DNA of 64,000 nt from Parasitella parasitica NRRL 2501 (lineage: Eukaryota > Fungi > Mucoromycota): NCBI GenBank assembly GCA_025201805.1, contig MU619353.1:1-64000 (forward strand). The letters are read 5' to 3'. Positions 11,928 through 24,282 of this stretch are shown piece after piece. The notes beneath the pieces were generated by a model. That model saw only the letters and a program-made list of their open reading frames with translations. It was not told the origin of the DNA and ran no database searches. Positions within the stretch are counted from its first letter, which is position 1; each line of letters starts with the position of its first letter. Both the position numbers and the translations under genes were made by a program.

Positions 11928-14670
11928 ATGGACGGGTATTTTCAATCAGTAAGTTTCTTCTTGTCATTTTGCTTTGTCTTTGTTGCTTTTTTACTGAAAG
12001 AAATCCCTAATCATTGCACAATTAGACATTAGCAGCAAACACTTTGCAACAGAACATCAGCCGCAACAATGCAAATAATGCGACCGCTCAAGTTGCTAGA
12101 GTGGTGCCTCATTTTCCACCCACAAACAAAGACTTCAGTGCAACTGAATTACATACTCCCGATGGCATTTATCCCTTGTTACACGAAACGTTTTACGAAA
12201 CAATCGCACCTCAGTTCACGACAGGTACGCGTGCATCAGTCGTGAGCGTAAAGGACGAACATTTTCATTTAGCAAACAACGAATCTTCGGAAGACGAGGG
12301 TCTGATCATTGGTGGGCCCTCTTTTTCAATGACACCTGCCAAGTCTGCTGCTTTGCCAATCCCCAATGCTGCTTCTTCCAAAAGGAGCTTACGTAATACG
12401 ATCACCACTTCCTCGTCTACGTCGAGCATCCATGCAAACAACGGCAACGGCCTTCAAGTTTTAACGTCACCGCAAAAAATAATGACGGGCAATGGCAATG
12501 GCAATAATGCAAACCCGTACTCACCTTACTCAACTTCATTTTCTACCACCCCTACATCTCAGTTACCCCCTTCATCTCAACTACCATCAATCCAGCATCC
12601 ACAACAGCAACAGCAGCAGCAACAGCAATTTGCTTCAGGGTCTTATATGATGAGCTCATCACAGGATCTCGGCATGCCCGGTTTATCTGTCAGCAGTACA
12701 AACGATTATTCACTGCCGTCTAGTTTCAACAATTGCAATAACCCTAACAATACAGGTAGTGTTGGCTCTTTATCGAGTTTATTTGGAAAAAGTGCCAATC
12801 CTACAGGTGCAAGGGCAACACCACAATTATCATCGTCCATGGTCCGAAGTATGAGCGCCAGCTTTAATAGTAATAGTAGCAGTAAACCGAAAAATCACCT
12901 TTCTAAAACCAACTCTACTTTTGTCTTACGATTTCTGATTCATGAACATTTGCACAAAATGATATCCTCCAATGAATTGGGTGAGGAATTTTTATTTTTC
13001 AACATTGGATCCAGTTTTATTTGGGTCGATTCAAACAGTAGACCAAAGGTAGGAAGTGGCTTCAATAGATCGTACAGGACCCTTTAATGATATCTCCTTG
13101 TAGGAGCCACTATCAAGAATTGTATTTTCCAAATCGTATCCTATATGCCATGATATAAATGAAACAACTCGATGCGACGACCACTTGGATATCATTATCG
13201 GCTTCTCTACAGGCGACATTATCTGGTACGATCCATTGAGCTGTAAATATGTAAGGTTAAATAAAGGCGGTGCTATGGTCAATTCTGCCGTTCGCATGAT
13301 CAAATGGATTCCTGGCTCAGAGGAGCTCTTTGTCGCTATATTCAAGAATGGAACCGTCTTGATTATGGACAAAGAGCGTGACGATCAAACATTCAATATA
13401 CCTGAAGCAACTTCTTGGATGGAATCTCAGTAAGTTTGGGTTTGTTTGAAATACGTCAAGGCACTAAAAAAGTGGATGCAGATTCAATGCTTTTAGACCT
13501 CATAGGAGCAACAAGTACAACCCTGTATCAGTATGGAAAATTGGCGATAAAGGATTGACAGGTGAATCCGTAATTGTAGATCTGTAAATAAGAAATACTC
13601 ATTTTATATAAATGCAGATTTTGTTTTTGCTCCTGATGGTGTTCATTTAGCTATTACTAGCGTGGATGGGCAACTTTGTATCATTGATTATAGAAACGAA
13701 AAGCTGACTGATGTATTCTCGAGTTATTATGGCAAATTGACATGTGTTGATTGGAGTCCTGATGGACGTTATATTTTGGTATGTCATAGAACTATAAAAT
13801 TAACCAGAAACTTATACACCTTTTCCAATAGACCGGCGGCGAAGATGACCTTGTTACCCTGTGGTCGTTTTTAGAAAAGAGAATAATTGCTAGATGTCCT
13901 GGACATAAATCTTGGGTACTGAATAACTTGGCATGCCTATAAAATCACATTAATAATCTGAGTATAGGTGACAGGCGTTGCATTTGATCGTTGGAGATGT
14001 GATGATCAGACTTGTAGATTTGGTAGTGTAGGTGAGGACTGCAACTTAATTCTATGGGATTTTTCACTCAGTGCTCTTCAAAAACCCAAGCATGTAAGCA
14101 TTACGCAAAAAATCTTTCTTTGTTCTTACTAAAATTATTCAAATACTATATCAGCCTCGAACGATTGCATCCTCCCCGCCTTCCATGCTACCAAAGACGT
14201 GGGTACCTCCTGTCCCACCTGTTTCTTCAAATTCTGCAGCAGCATCATCACTACCTAGTAACCAACAAACAGCATTACCTATAAACATTGAACGAAAAAA
14301 ATCATTAAAATCGCATCGATTATTCAGGGGATTCTCATCTCCTGATACTGCTTCTCTTATAAGCACCAGCACTGGAAGTAGCAGCACTACCGGATCATTC
14401 AGCAGGTTTAGAAAACGATCTTCTAGATCAAACAATATTTTCGCTCCCAGTAGTGACTTTGTGGATGATGTTATTGTAGAAGATCAATTAAAGCAACACA
14501 TACCGGTGCTGCATCCTACTCTTAAAAAGAATCAGGCTGCTGTTTTGCAACCTACAACCATTAAAGCCATTCATGCAGACCCTTGTTTATCCCTCATGTT
14601 TAGAGAACAAACTCTAGTGACAACTGATAGAAGGGGTCGAATCCGCACTTGGGGCAGGCCTCGAGTTTAG
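11928..14670 (+). CDS. creC: WD40-repeat protein, CreC/WDR20-DMWD family
   Basis: [90 protein letters not shown]-terminal [10 protein letters not shown] short first exon (MDGYFQS) is inferred. Confidence 0.85.
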
Positions 14671-14970
14671 ATTATGGTGCTTTTACATTATATACATTGT
14701 AAAATAAAAAGTTTTGATATCATATTCATGTATTCAATTTCTTTCATATAGTTTATGGAAATGTCGTGAAAACACTTTTGCAGACATTCTATAATGTATT
14801 ATTATTACTATCTGGATATGATCAATTTATTGATGTGATGGATTGGTTGGTCGACTGCATGCGTTTGTAGCTACTCAGAATATAAGGTGTATTTGCTGCA
14901 AGAAACAAAAAAAAACTCAAAAATTGTAAGAGGACCATTTGGAATTTGAAAACGTGTTTTTAAAGCCTAA

Positions 14971-16286
14971 CTAGCTGACCTGCTCGCTTCGCTCACGACG
15001 GCCATCGTCGCCCTACCGGGAGCTCAATCTTTTGATAAGTGCTAATCAGATATTCAATGTTGTTTATCTATAACTTAACATATATTGTTAGACAGAAATA
15101 AAAATAAAGATGTAGTAACGCACAAGAGGAAAAAAACGTAAAAATCAGTAGAGTTATTTAAATACTTCATGGAATACAATATTATCGGTGTATGATCCAG
15201 TATAGTTTTTGGTAGTTGAGGTATTTCTATGCAGAAGAATTTTGATTGAAGATAGCTGCTTAATGCGCGAGAAGGCAGCATATAACTGGCCATGTGAGAA
15301 AAAGACCAAGAAAGTCGAGTGTTGAGCCTTGATGGTCATGGTGAATACCGGTCTAGCAGAAAATTAGCAATCAACTCAGGACAGTACAAAGAGAAATCGG
15401 GGTTTGCGTGCTTGACAATGGTGACAGATGCTGTTCCTTCCACCAAGAGCATGGCGTTTGGTGAAAGAGGGTGTACTTCTTCTAGCCATGTTATGAGTAT
15501 TTTTGTGTATTAATTTGGCACCCAATCTACTGGTAGATTGCAAATGAATTTCTTGTCCACAGCTTGAACAAATACGTCTGCTGGTTGTTGCATCATTAAC
15601 GCTGATTATTTCTGTTCACTGATCTACTTTCATAGTTTCAGATTGAGATCCCAGTTTATATAAAGAGTTCGAATATGATTGTAAAGTGAAAACAAATTTG
15701 AGTCATGCGATTAGCAATGTTGTCAGTGCAATGACGATAAGAAGATCGATGATGGCCTATAACACCACAGCTCCCGCAAGTGCTAGTATTAGCACGGGTG
15801 TTATTGAGGCAAAGCCTGCTTGCAGAACGCAAATGGCCTTCTTGACCACAGCTTGAGCAAATTCTAAAAGCAGGCACTTTGTATTTGTAGTAATAAAAAG
15901 TGTCAACATATTTGTATTAAATAAAATAGAGCGTTCGCTCGAATTTCGACATTATTCACTTTGTTAAGAGAGTTTTAATTTTAAATTAAATGTACATGAT
16001 CGTCTATTTCATGTTTTATTTCATATGCACATATTTTACTGACGTGTTAAAGTATTTTTAATTAGTTTCTGAAATTGAGGATGTGCTTGGCTCAACGCCG
16101 ACTTCTCAAAACTTAACAAACTGGAATGGAACTGAAAAAACCAACTAAAGCATTTGTTAACTCCATTTCTTCTTGGTTTAGGTTTGTTTTGCTTTATTCT
16201 TGAGCTTCAAGCGATTTTAATGCGGCTGTTTTTTTTACGAAGCGTGTAAAAAAAGTTAGCAGACTCCATTTTTTTAATTATATAGA
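14971..16286 (-). mobile_element. Internally deleted, non-autonomous Helitron with intact termini
   Basis: Minus strand begins A|TCTATATAAT and ends in GC-rich hairpins (CGACG-ATGGC-CGTCG; GCGAAGC) then CTAG|T. AT target, no TSD. Carries Zn-knuckle remnants (CSSCGQEGH, CGSCGVIGH), RHALGGRNSICHHCQA, and a PIF1-type helicase C-terminus (MTIKAQ...FSHGQLYAAFSR...TDNIVFHEVF). Confidence 0.9.
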
Positions 16287-16925
16287 TAACCTATATATTT
16301 TGATGCTGAATTCAAAGGCTGACAAAAAAAACTTTCAGCAAACATATCCAAGTTGCAATGGCAGCATCATATTTCTGAGTTTAAATTTACCACTGAGACT
16401 ACAGCCCCTTAGCAGTAAAGCATCTATTTCAATTGAGGAGCAAAGCATAAACTCCATAAACAATCTGGTTATGTCTTGATATGAATTAATAGCAAAAATG
16501 CTGTGAAATATGACCAGAAAAGCTATTAAGATGTAGCTATATGTTTTGGTTCAAATAAATGCCACCTAATCATGACCATCACCTTTTTCCCCGCTTAAAA
16601 GCATAATCTACAATCTCTAATATCTTTACAAACTATTAAGCAATAGAGACACAATCTTGAGCCAAAAACTTCTTTTCTTGCAGCATTTTACAACATATCC
16701 GAGTTTTATGCACGTCTAGCCATTTTTCAAATTTTGCTATGTTTGGACCCCAAACCTCATATTCAATTTTCAGTTTTCAACTTTGGGTCGATCTTCAGGG
16801 TCATTTTTAGGTACGGATTTGAGGTCCAAACCAAGTATACAGGCTAATACTAGTATGATAACTGTACGTCACTACGTCTTCCGATTCTCGATATCTATCT
16901 TTGCTGTCAAGATATCCCCAAAACC
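16287..16925. repeat. Diverged repeat copy A (also includes ~14948-14970, left of the Helitron)
   Basis: Shares blocks with 17683-18675, e.g. TATCTTTACAAACTATTAAG, ATTTTGCTAyGTTTGGACC, TCATTTTTAGGTAC, CGATATCTAT. Ends approximate. Confidence 0.7.
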
Positions 16926-17682
16926 AAATGCTGCAGATTTCCCAAATTTTACAGCGTATGTTCCTATAACAAGTACCATATTTTGCAACTAAACCAAGTT
17001 CAAGTTTCTAAGTAAAATAATAAAGCGCGCTTTGGTATACCTACTGGTATTAAAAATATAGTGTTTAAGCTCGAATGCGACAAGCTTGGGCCAATTTTGT
17101 CTTTTTACGCTAAACTTTGTTCCCCTGTTTCTCAAAAACCCACTATGACACTTGGGCTTAAGCGATTATTGAAATCTTTTTGAAACCTAATTCTCTACTA
17201 GATGTATTATTGTTTAGATAGATATATCGAAAAAAATATTTTTTCATATGTTTTTAGCAGAGGCTTGATTTATTTTCATAACTTTCAGAGCAATGATTGA
17301 TATATAAAGAGACATGATATAGCAATGCAAAAATAGAGTTACAAAATAGCTACCGAAAGGTTTTTGTTTGCTTAAAAAATACCAATTTCTGAGCGAAAAA
17401 ATCTCGAAAATCGGAATCGATTTTTACCCTTTTGAATGGCTTCATTTTGGCCCTCTAGACCTAGGACCGGAAAATTGTACATTCATTTTGGTCGAGACAA
17501 GATTTTGATTTTTGGCAGAAGAAATAAAGCCACAGTTGTGAACAAAATATTGATGTGTAGACATTGACAAGATGGTGTGTTTGATCAACTTTATAGAGCT
17601 GAATATGCTCAAAATATGATCGAATTTACTCAAAAACTATCAAAAAAGGCGCTTTTGGAATATTTGAGAATTGGTTATAAAA

Positions 17683-18675
17683 AAAAGTGTTTTTATATCC
17701 CTGTAATCTATATGGTTCGATGCAGAATTTATTAAATGTCATAAAACACTTATTACGCATATCCGATATACCTATTGCGTTTATGAGATATCTAGCAATG
17801 AACCATGCGAAAAAAGCTCGAAACTAGGTTGGGGCAAAAGGAAAAAAAAGGCCGAAAATCAAACCAAAGCCCCTTTTTTTCGCGCTAAAAAAGACCAAAA
17901 AACACAGTCAAAAGAAAAGAAAAAAGCATGATTCTAATAGGTACCTTGCGTATGTCTCAATGCGATTCGATAGCCGTGATACTGCATAATACGGACTCAA
18001 AAGCCATATTTAGGCACCTTTATTTTGGGATAAATTACATACCACCAAATCAAAGATACAACCCTTTCCATCACGCTTAAACGCATAATTTGTAATTACT
18101 GCTACTATCTTTACAAACTATTAAGTGATAAAAACACAACTTTCAGCCAAAATATTTTCCGCTTGAACTATTCTACAACAACTTATCCAATCTTCAAATA
18201 TCTCTGACCATTATTCAGATTTTGCTACGTTTGGACCTGACACTCCATTTTCGATATTCAATTTTCAAATTTGGGTCTGATTTATCAGAAAAGTTCAAAT
18301 AGAAATTAATCAGGTAAAGATTCGTTTATTACATTCAAAAATGGAGGGTTTATATACTTTCTATGAACTGAGGGAAGCGATGTGAGGATAAAGGTTTTAG
18401 TGATGAGATCCGGGAGATAGGGTAGATTGTATCTATCCCAAATGCCATGTCATATTACTTTATGATCTGATGTTCTACTCTTCAGTATGAGTTCATATTA
18501 TATTGACATCCGGTTTTAGAATTGATACATCAGGGTCAACCTTCAGAATCATTTTTAGGTACTACGGATTTGCGGTCCAAGAAAAGTATGCATCCTAATA
18601 CTACCAGTCTAACTGTATCTCACCACGCTTTTCGAATTCCGATATCTATTTTGATTGTCGAGATACTGCCAAAAT
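17683..18675. repeat. Diverged repeat copy B, interrupted by a solo LTR
   Basis: Colinear with copy A once 18278-18537 is removed. Ends approximate. Confidence 0.7.
18278..18532 (-). mobile_element. Solo LTR (255 bp) with 5-bp target-site duplication GGGTC
   Basis: Starts TGATTTATCA and ends TGATACATCA (TG...CA, 9/10 inverted match). Flanked by GGGTC at 18273-18277 and 18533-18537. Absent from repeat copy A. On the minus strand TATATAAA (~18350) precedes AATAAA (~18327). Confidence 0.85.
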
Positions 18676-21249
18676 AAGATTTTGCTGATTTTATAGCAGC
18701 TTATGTGGATAATGATTGATTAACAACATTTAGTTTTTTAGTATAAATAATAGAGCTATCTTGTCTTATGACTAAGCTATGAAAGTCTCCAGTTGTGTAT
18801 TCCGAGTTTATCCAAAAAGTCATTATCACGTTAAAATAACACCTTTGCACAACATTTTGCTGTGCGCTTTATATTGGGGAAACGGAGAAGATCTTCCATA
18901 TTTATAGAGAAAATATTCCAAATTATGCGGGAAAATATGTTCACTTAAAAAAGATTATATATAATTGCAGCGCTTGCTTTTTGTCAAACTCAAATTTAGG
19001 AACAACCCGATCTGTGTCAATAGGGATAGAAAGCGTTTGGTATGAAGTGGTTCACGCGACCTAAAAAAAAGTCTTCTTGTGATTATTACAGATATATTTT
19101 GTTTTCGCTTCACTGAATTAAAAAGAACTGAACAAATATTCACAGTTAGATTGTAAATACACTGTTAAAAAACCAAAGAATTCTGCACATTACCTATTAT
19201 TAGCTTTAAAAGTATGTCATCCTCAACCTTTATTCATACATTAAAGAACAAAAAAATCGGACGATTTGGCCTAAAAAAAATTTTAGTTTTTCTATTTAAT
19301 CCATTAAATTTTCAATACGGTTTAATTTAATCTTTGCATAGTAAAAAGATAGAGCACCAGTAGTTTTTGTATTAGCTTGTTGTATTATAATGTTCGTTTG
19401 TAGATTTTTGGCATAGAACAGGATTTGTACATTGGTTTACCCGCGGAATTGTACAACTTTAATGTCAATTTCGTGATATAAACTTTAATAAACATTTTAG
19501 TTACCTAAAGGTATATTGATAAAGATCTTGCCTATAAACAAGTCCATAAATTTTTTATATCTACAATACACCAATTAATGTTGTAGTTGTCAATTTCTAT
19601 CTTCATCAACATCTACTTTCAATCTTTCTATCAGGTTTATTGGTCAATCATACATCACACCATCATGGTATATTTCTTTATCTTTAAATTCCACATTTAG
19701 TATAAATAGCAATAGTTTATTCATAGCCATGAGAAGATCCTCATCCTAACATAAAATAAAACAACATCTTAAAAAGTATTTTATTTTAGTGTTTCTTCTG
19801 ATTTTCACAATTTTGTGATAAATTTGGTATCAAATATGCAATCAAAATGCTTACAAAATGATTTTTTTTGACAAATTGAACAATTTAGAACAAAAAATGC
19901 GCCAGTTTCTTTAAATTCAGCTGCGTGGGCAGTCAAAAGCTTTGGAAGTTAGCTTGTAACTACTGTATACCTGACATATCAGCATCGAATCATCTCTCTT
20001 TTCAGAAATCAGTACTAAAATATAAGATCATCAGAATCTCTATATTTTGAATACAATACCAATAAAAAGCACAACAACGTACCTTTAAACCATGATATTT
20101 TCAAAATGATACCGCTGTATGTCGCAGATTTCTCAATTTCGCTTGTTTGTATTGAGCAGTAGTGTAGAGACACTCACATGTCAATTATAACACACCATTC
20201 GAATTCTACAGTGGATTCAAACTTGTCTGTCATAATTAAAAGCCTAAAAAGAAACTATGAGACTTGACATAACTGTTTTTTGCATTTTGTCCTCATTTAA
20301 TCAAGACTTTAAATTGCGATAACTTTTCATCCAAGCAACCAATTTTCAAAACATAAAAAGTATCATATTCGACAACATCAAGTCTATCTTTTCGTCTAGG
20401 TTTGGTTCAGCAGATTATAGTTTTTCCTTTAGTTTTGCCACTTTATATTGTTTACTGGTTTGCATGCATTTACTGTTTACGCAAAAATAAGGTCACAGGC
20501 GTATTAAAAAATTGGCTACGCCTTTTTTTTTTTTTTTTTNNNNNNNNNNNNNNNNNNNNNNNNNNNNNNNNNNNNNNNNNNNNNNNNNNNNNNNNNNNNN
20601 NNNNNNNNNNNNNNNNNNNNNNNNNNNNNNNNNNNNNNNNNNNNNNNNNNNNNNNNNNNNNNNNNNNNNNNNNNNNNNNNNNNNNNNNNNNNNNNNNNNN
20701 NNNNNNNNNNNNNNNNNNNNNNNNTTTTTTTTAGTACCTAGTACAAGAAAACAATAAACAAGCTGGTGTGTTTCTGGTGCAGTGGCTCATTCAGGTATTA
20801 TCATTTATTATGTTTTTGCAAGAGCTTTTTTACTAACTGAAAAATCTTTTTTGTTCTACATTTGTAGGTTTGGTTCTCTGTTCATGTCAAGTGGATGGCC
20901 TATCATTGAAACTTGACATTAGCTCTTTATCCGGGTCATACAGGAACATGTAGGCTGTTTCTACTCATCGACTGTGCTTACCCTAACAGTTTTTGAGATG
21001 GGCCATTTTATCCGAAGCTGTGAAGTGTGGTAAGGCATTTTTCGGCTATTGAGGGGGGGTATTCATTGAAATTCTACCAATTTCTATTTTTGGTCGAATT
21101 TCAAGTTCCGCCTAACATCAAAACAGGGGGAAACCCTGTTTTTTTGTTTTTAGGATTTAGGGATTGACTTAGCCAAATTAATCGCGCGATCTATAATTTT
21201 TCTGTACTTTTTATTGTGTATCTTGATAAATTTTACGAGAAAAATAAAA

Positions 21250-22100
21250 ATAAAGAATACATCATAATCTTCCCAATTTTACTTGAACATAAACAATCAG
21301 CATACGAGTACTTACATTGAAACCTAAAAGTGGTTCACAGCGAATATAATATAATGTACTTTAGGTCCATGATTCAAGTAATTTGTTTCATTTATCCCAT
21401 CATCGTCCAATATTATCATTCTTTAATCAGTAGTAGTTTTTTTTAAATACCTGGTAACTTGTGCAGATAAGAAGGCCTAAAATCACGACCCAACTTGGAA
21501 AACTTAGCGTTGGCTTGGCGCTATCTGGCAACTGATATATACGCACTGTTACATCTTCGCTTTATCAATTCCTACAAGTACTACGCTTGCTGGTTTACTG
21601 CAAATATATTATATGATTATATCAGATACGAATCAGTATAATATTTCAACTGTCACTGGATATCATAATGTCTCGGCTGCCATGACATCAACAAGATGTG
21701 CGGACTTTCTCTCAAGGTTCAAACAAACTATTTGATATGTTATACATCAGCTCATCTTTTTGGATCAATCTCAACAATGAACCATATCAAACCAATTGAC
21801 AGTGCTAACACGGTGTATTTTCTATTCGTTCAACAACAGTGACAAGATACTATCACATTAATCTTTTGGTTCTTACAGCTACTATCTCACTCGTAGTAAA
21901 TAATTGAAGATATAAATACCCTGTATTTATATCATAATAATCGATATACTTCTTTTATTGTTCGGATACAGTTGAAAGCTGTGAATTAGTACAAGTCTCT
22001 TTTTTATTGTATTGAAATATCTGAAATATACATCAACAGCAACATTGACTTCCATGCTTCTATTGATATCTATAAAGTTATCAGATGGTATCACAAATTT
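21250..22100 (+). pseudogene. Possible heavily decayed F-box/LRR-type gene
   Basis: Stop-interrupted fragments LKSRPNLENLAL and LSIPTSTT..IYY resemble ILRRCANLEHI and LATIPANTT..FY of ORF 56939-58768. Weak and by eye only. Confidence 0.25.
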
Positions 22101-23254
22101 ACATATCAGAATTGCATATAATTAATGTTAGGCTTCGATAGAAAGCAAAATAAACGCTGTCTTATGCGCTATAAGGACATGCATGACCATCGCTATCTGA
22201 GCATTCTTGGGTTCCACTGGGCGATGTCCCAAAAAAAAGTAACGCGTTATTGGGAAGCAATGGTTAACGAAATTGCTATAAAACTATATACTTTCAACAC
22301 AGATAATAGTTTGAAGCAACAACATCCTCTCAGGTTCTCCTTTGTTTATGTGGATTAGATTCCGCACTATCACTAAGTATATGGAAGAGGATGATGTTGT
22401 TTTTATCCTCTTTTCAGCAATTTGGGTGCAAATGCAGAGTGTCTTCCACCCCAATAACGCCACACAACAAAAGCTAAGTACCAGCCATATGATTAATTTA
22501 AACTGTATTTTTTTCAGGCTTGAATAAAAATGATGTTTCCCTTAGTCTAGCAAGTGCGAAAGCGTTAAGATGGTATTCCTTTAGATACAACCGTTTTAGA
22601 GTTGCTCGGCTTTACCTTGTCGCTTTGTGGAATCTTCATTGGCGCTTTAAGATGACAATAAACTTTGAATCTCTCCTGGTCAATTCAACATTTATTGAAG
22701 ATGACAATTTACTCGTTTCTCTTTCTCCACAGCTAGGTGCCAAACGGCCTTGCTCAAAGCTCTACATGTTTGGCATTTAACTTGATTGATTTAATCAGTT
22801 GACTTCACCATTTTGAAATGAAAGAATTTTTTTTTGTACATTTTAACGTGTTAAGAGGGTTTAATCCTATTACATCTCTTCAAAATCACGCATTCTCTAT
22901 CGATTTCATACACATTCAAAGGATGCATATGTGACAAGGATACTGCGTTAATATACAGGTATTGTGTAGTATGAAGGTGATACACTCTGTTTTACAATTT
23001 GCAACATTTTAGTGTCGCTTATATTTGAATAATCAAATGGCAGCTTGTAATTAAGATGAAATTGATGCTTAAGCTTTAAATTTAGAGCTATATTAGGCCT
23101 ACCTTCATAATCATTTGGGCAGAAGTTGACAAAAATATTTGAAAAACAGTGGGCAGTTTATTCTCAAAAAGTTGGGCAAACCAGCTTCACTCAAAAAAGT
23201 AGGTGGGGACAATATGATTATAGTTTAAAAGGTAAAAATTATTGATTTGGAGCT

Positions 23255-23790
23255 TAGAATAGTTACAAAACGCATGGAGGCCACTAATGAAGTACATCGT
23301 TACAAGCCTCGCCAATTCTACTTGATGAGTTTTCTTCACTCTCAAGTCGATCACGCTTCATTTTCCTTGCAACTAGTGCCCAAAATTGTCCGATGGGGTT
23401 TAATTCAGGCCAATAACGGGACTTTATATCCTTTACTTTGATTTTTCGTAACATCATTTTGGTATTTATGGATAGAAGCATTATCCATAACAATGTTCGA
23501 ATCTCTCACCATTTTAGCAATCAGCCCATGCTCTGGGAAACTTTTAAGCATACGGCCCAATGAAAGATTTTCGGGTGAAATCGCTGTAAGTATTGTATTA
23601 CCTCCGTAGATCTATCATTTGCTTTCTAGAGAAAGTTTTTCAGGACGCTTAGTCTTCAAATAAGTTTCCCGACTAATTATTGTTTCAAGAGCTATGCTGG
23701 GATCATTGAATCGTAAACATTTTCGTCTTATTCATTAAAGATGTTTTCTTGTCCATCTTCATAAAAAAAATACCCCAATTATTTTTAAGA
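23255..23790 (-). mobile_element. Degenerate Tc1/mariner (IS630-Tc1, DDE_3) transposase remnant
   Basis: Frameshifted catalytic-core motifs IVMDNASIHK and YWPELNPIGQFWALVARKMKR (family consensus xMDNAxIH...PPYSPELNPIExxW). No convincing TIRs. Confidence 0.8.
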
Positions 23791-24282
23791 AGGTGCCAAA
23801 TTCAATAAGCCTGACTGTGGACAGTAGATCATACAAAACGTGAGCTAAAAACCATTGTAAAAAAAAAATTGACGTTTTGTATCAGAAAAGCATCTAGCAA
23901 TCAAAAGAATGGCTTTGGTATAATATTAAGCATTATGTATTGCTTTAGTAAATACATATATACTTATAATATTGGCTTGAAAGTGGTTTGGCATAATTTT
24001 AGATATGGTCAGAGCTGTTTGTGTTGTAACAATAAAGTATTGCACATAACAGTCTGAAAAATCAACTAATGGATTCGTAGTAAATCAAGAGTCTGAAAAA
24101 TTTACAAACTATCAGCCTGCTGATGAGAGCGTTTATTCACGTATGGAAAATTTGGTTTTGCTAAAAATGTCTTTAGATGTATGTATATATATATATTATA
24201 CATGGTTATTTTTTTTTTACTCCTCTTTGAATGTAAACTGCATATCTTGACGTTTATATTAAGGATTGTGTTGGCTGTGGGG

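Noticed and set aside
20402-20757. ORFs spanning the N-run
   Set aside because: Artefacts of an assembly gap.
20980-20987. ACCCTAAC as a possible telomerase RNA template
   Set aside because: An 8-mer is expected by chance in 64 kb and no other telomerase RNA element is evident.
21120-21146. Hairpin plus T-run resembling an intrinsic terminator
   Set aside because: Eukaryotic context with no upstream gene; kept only as part of the hairpin island.
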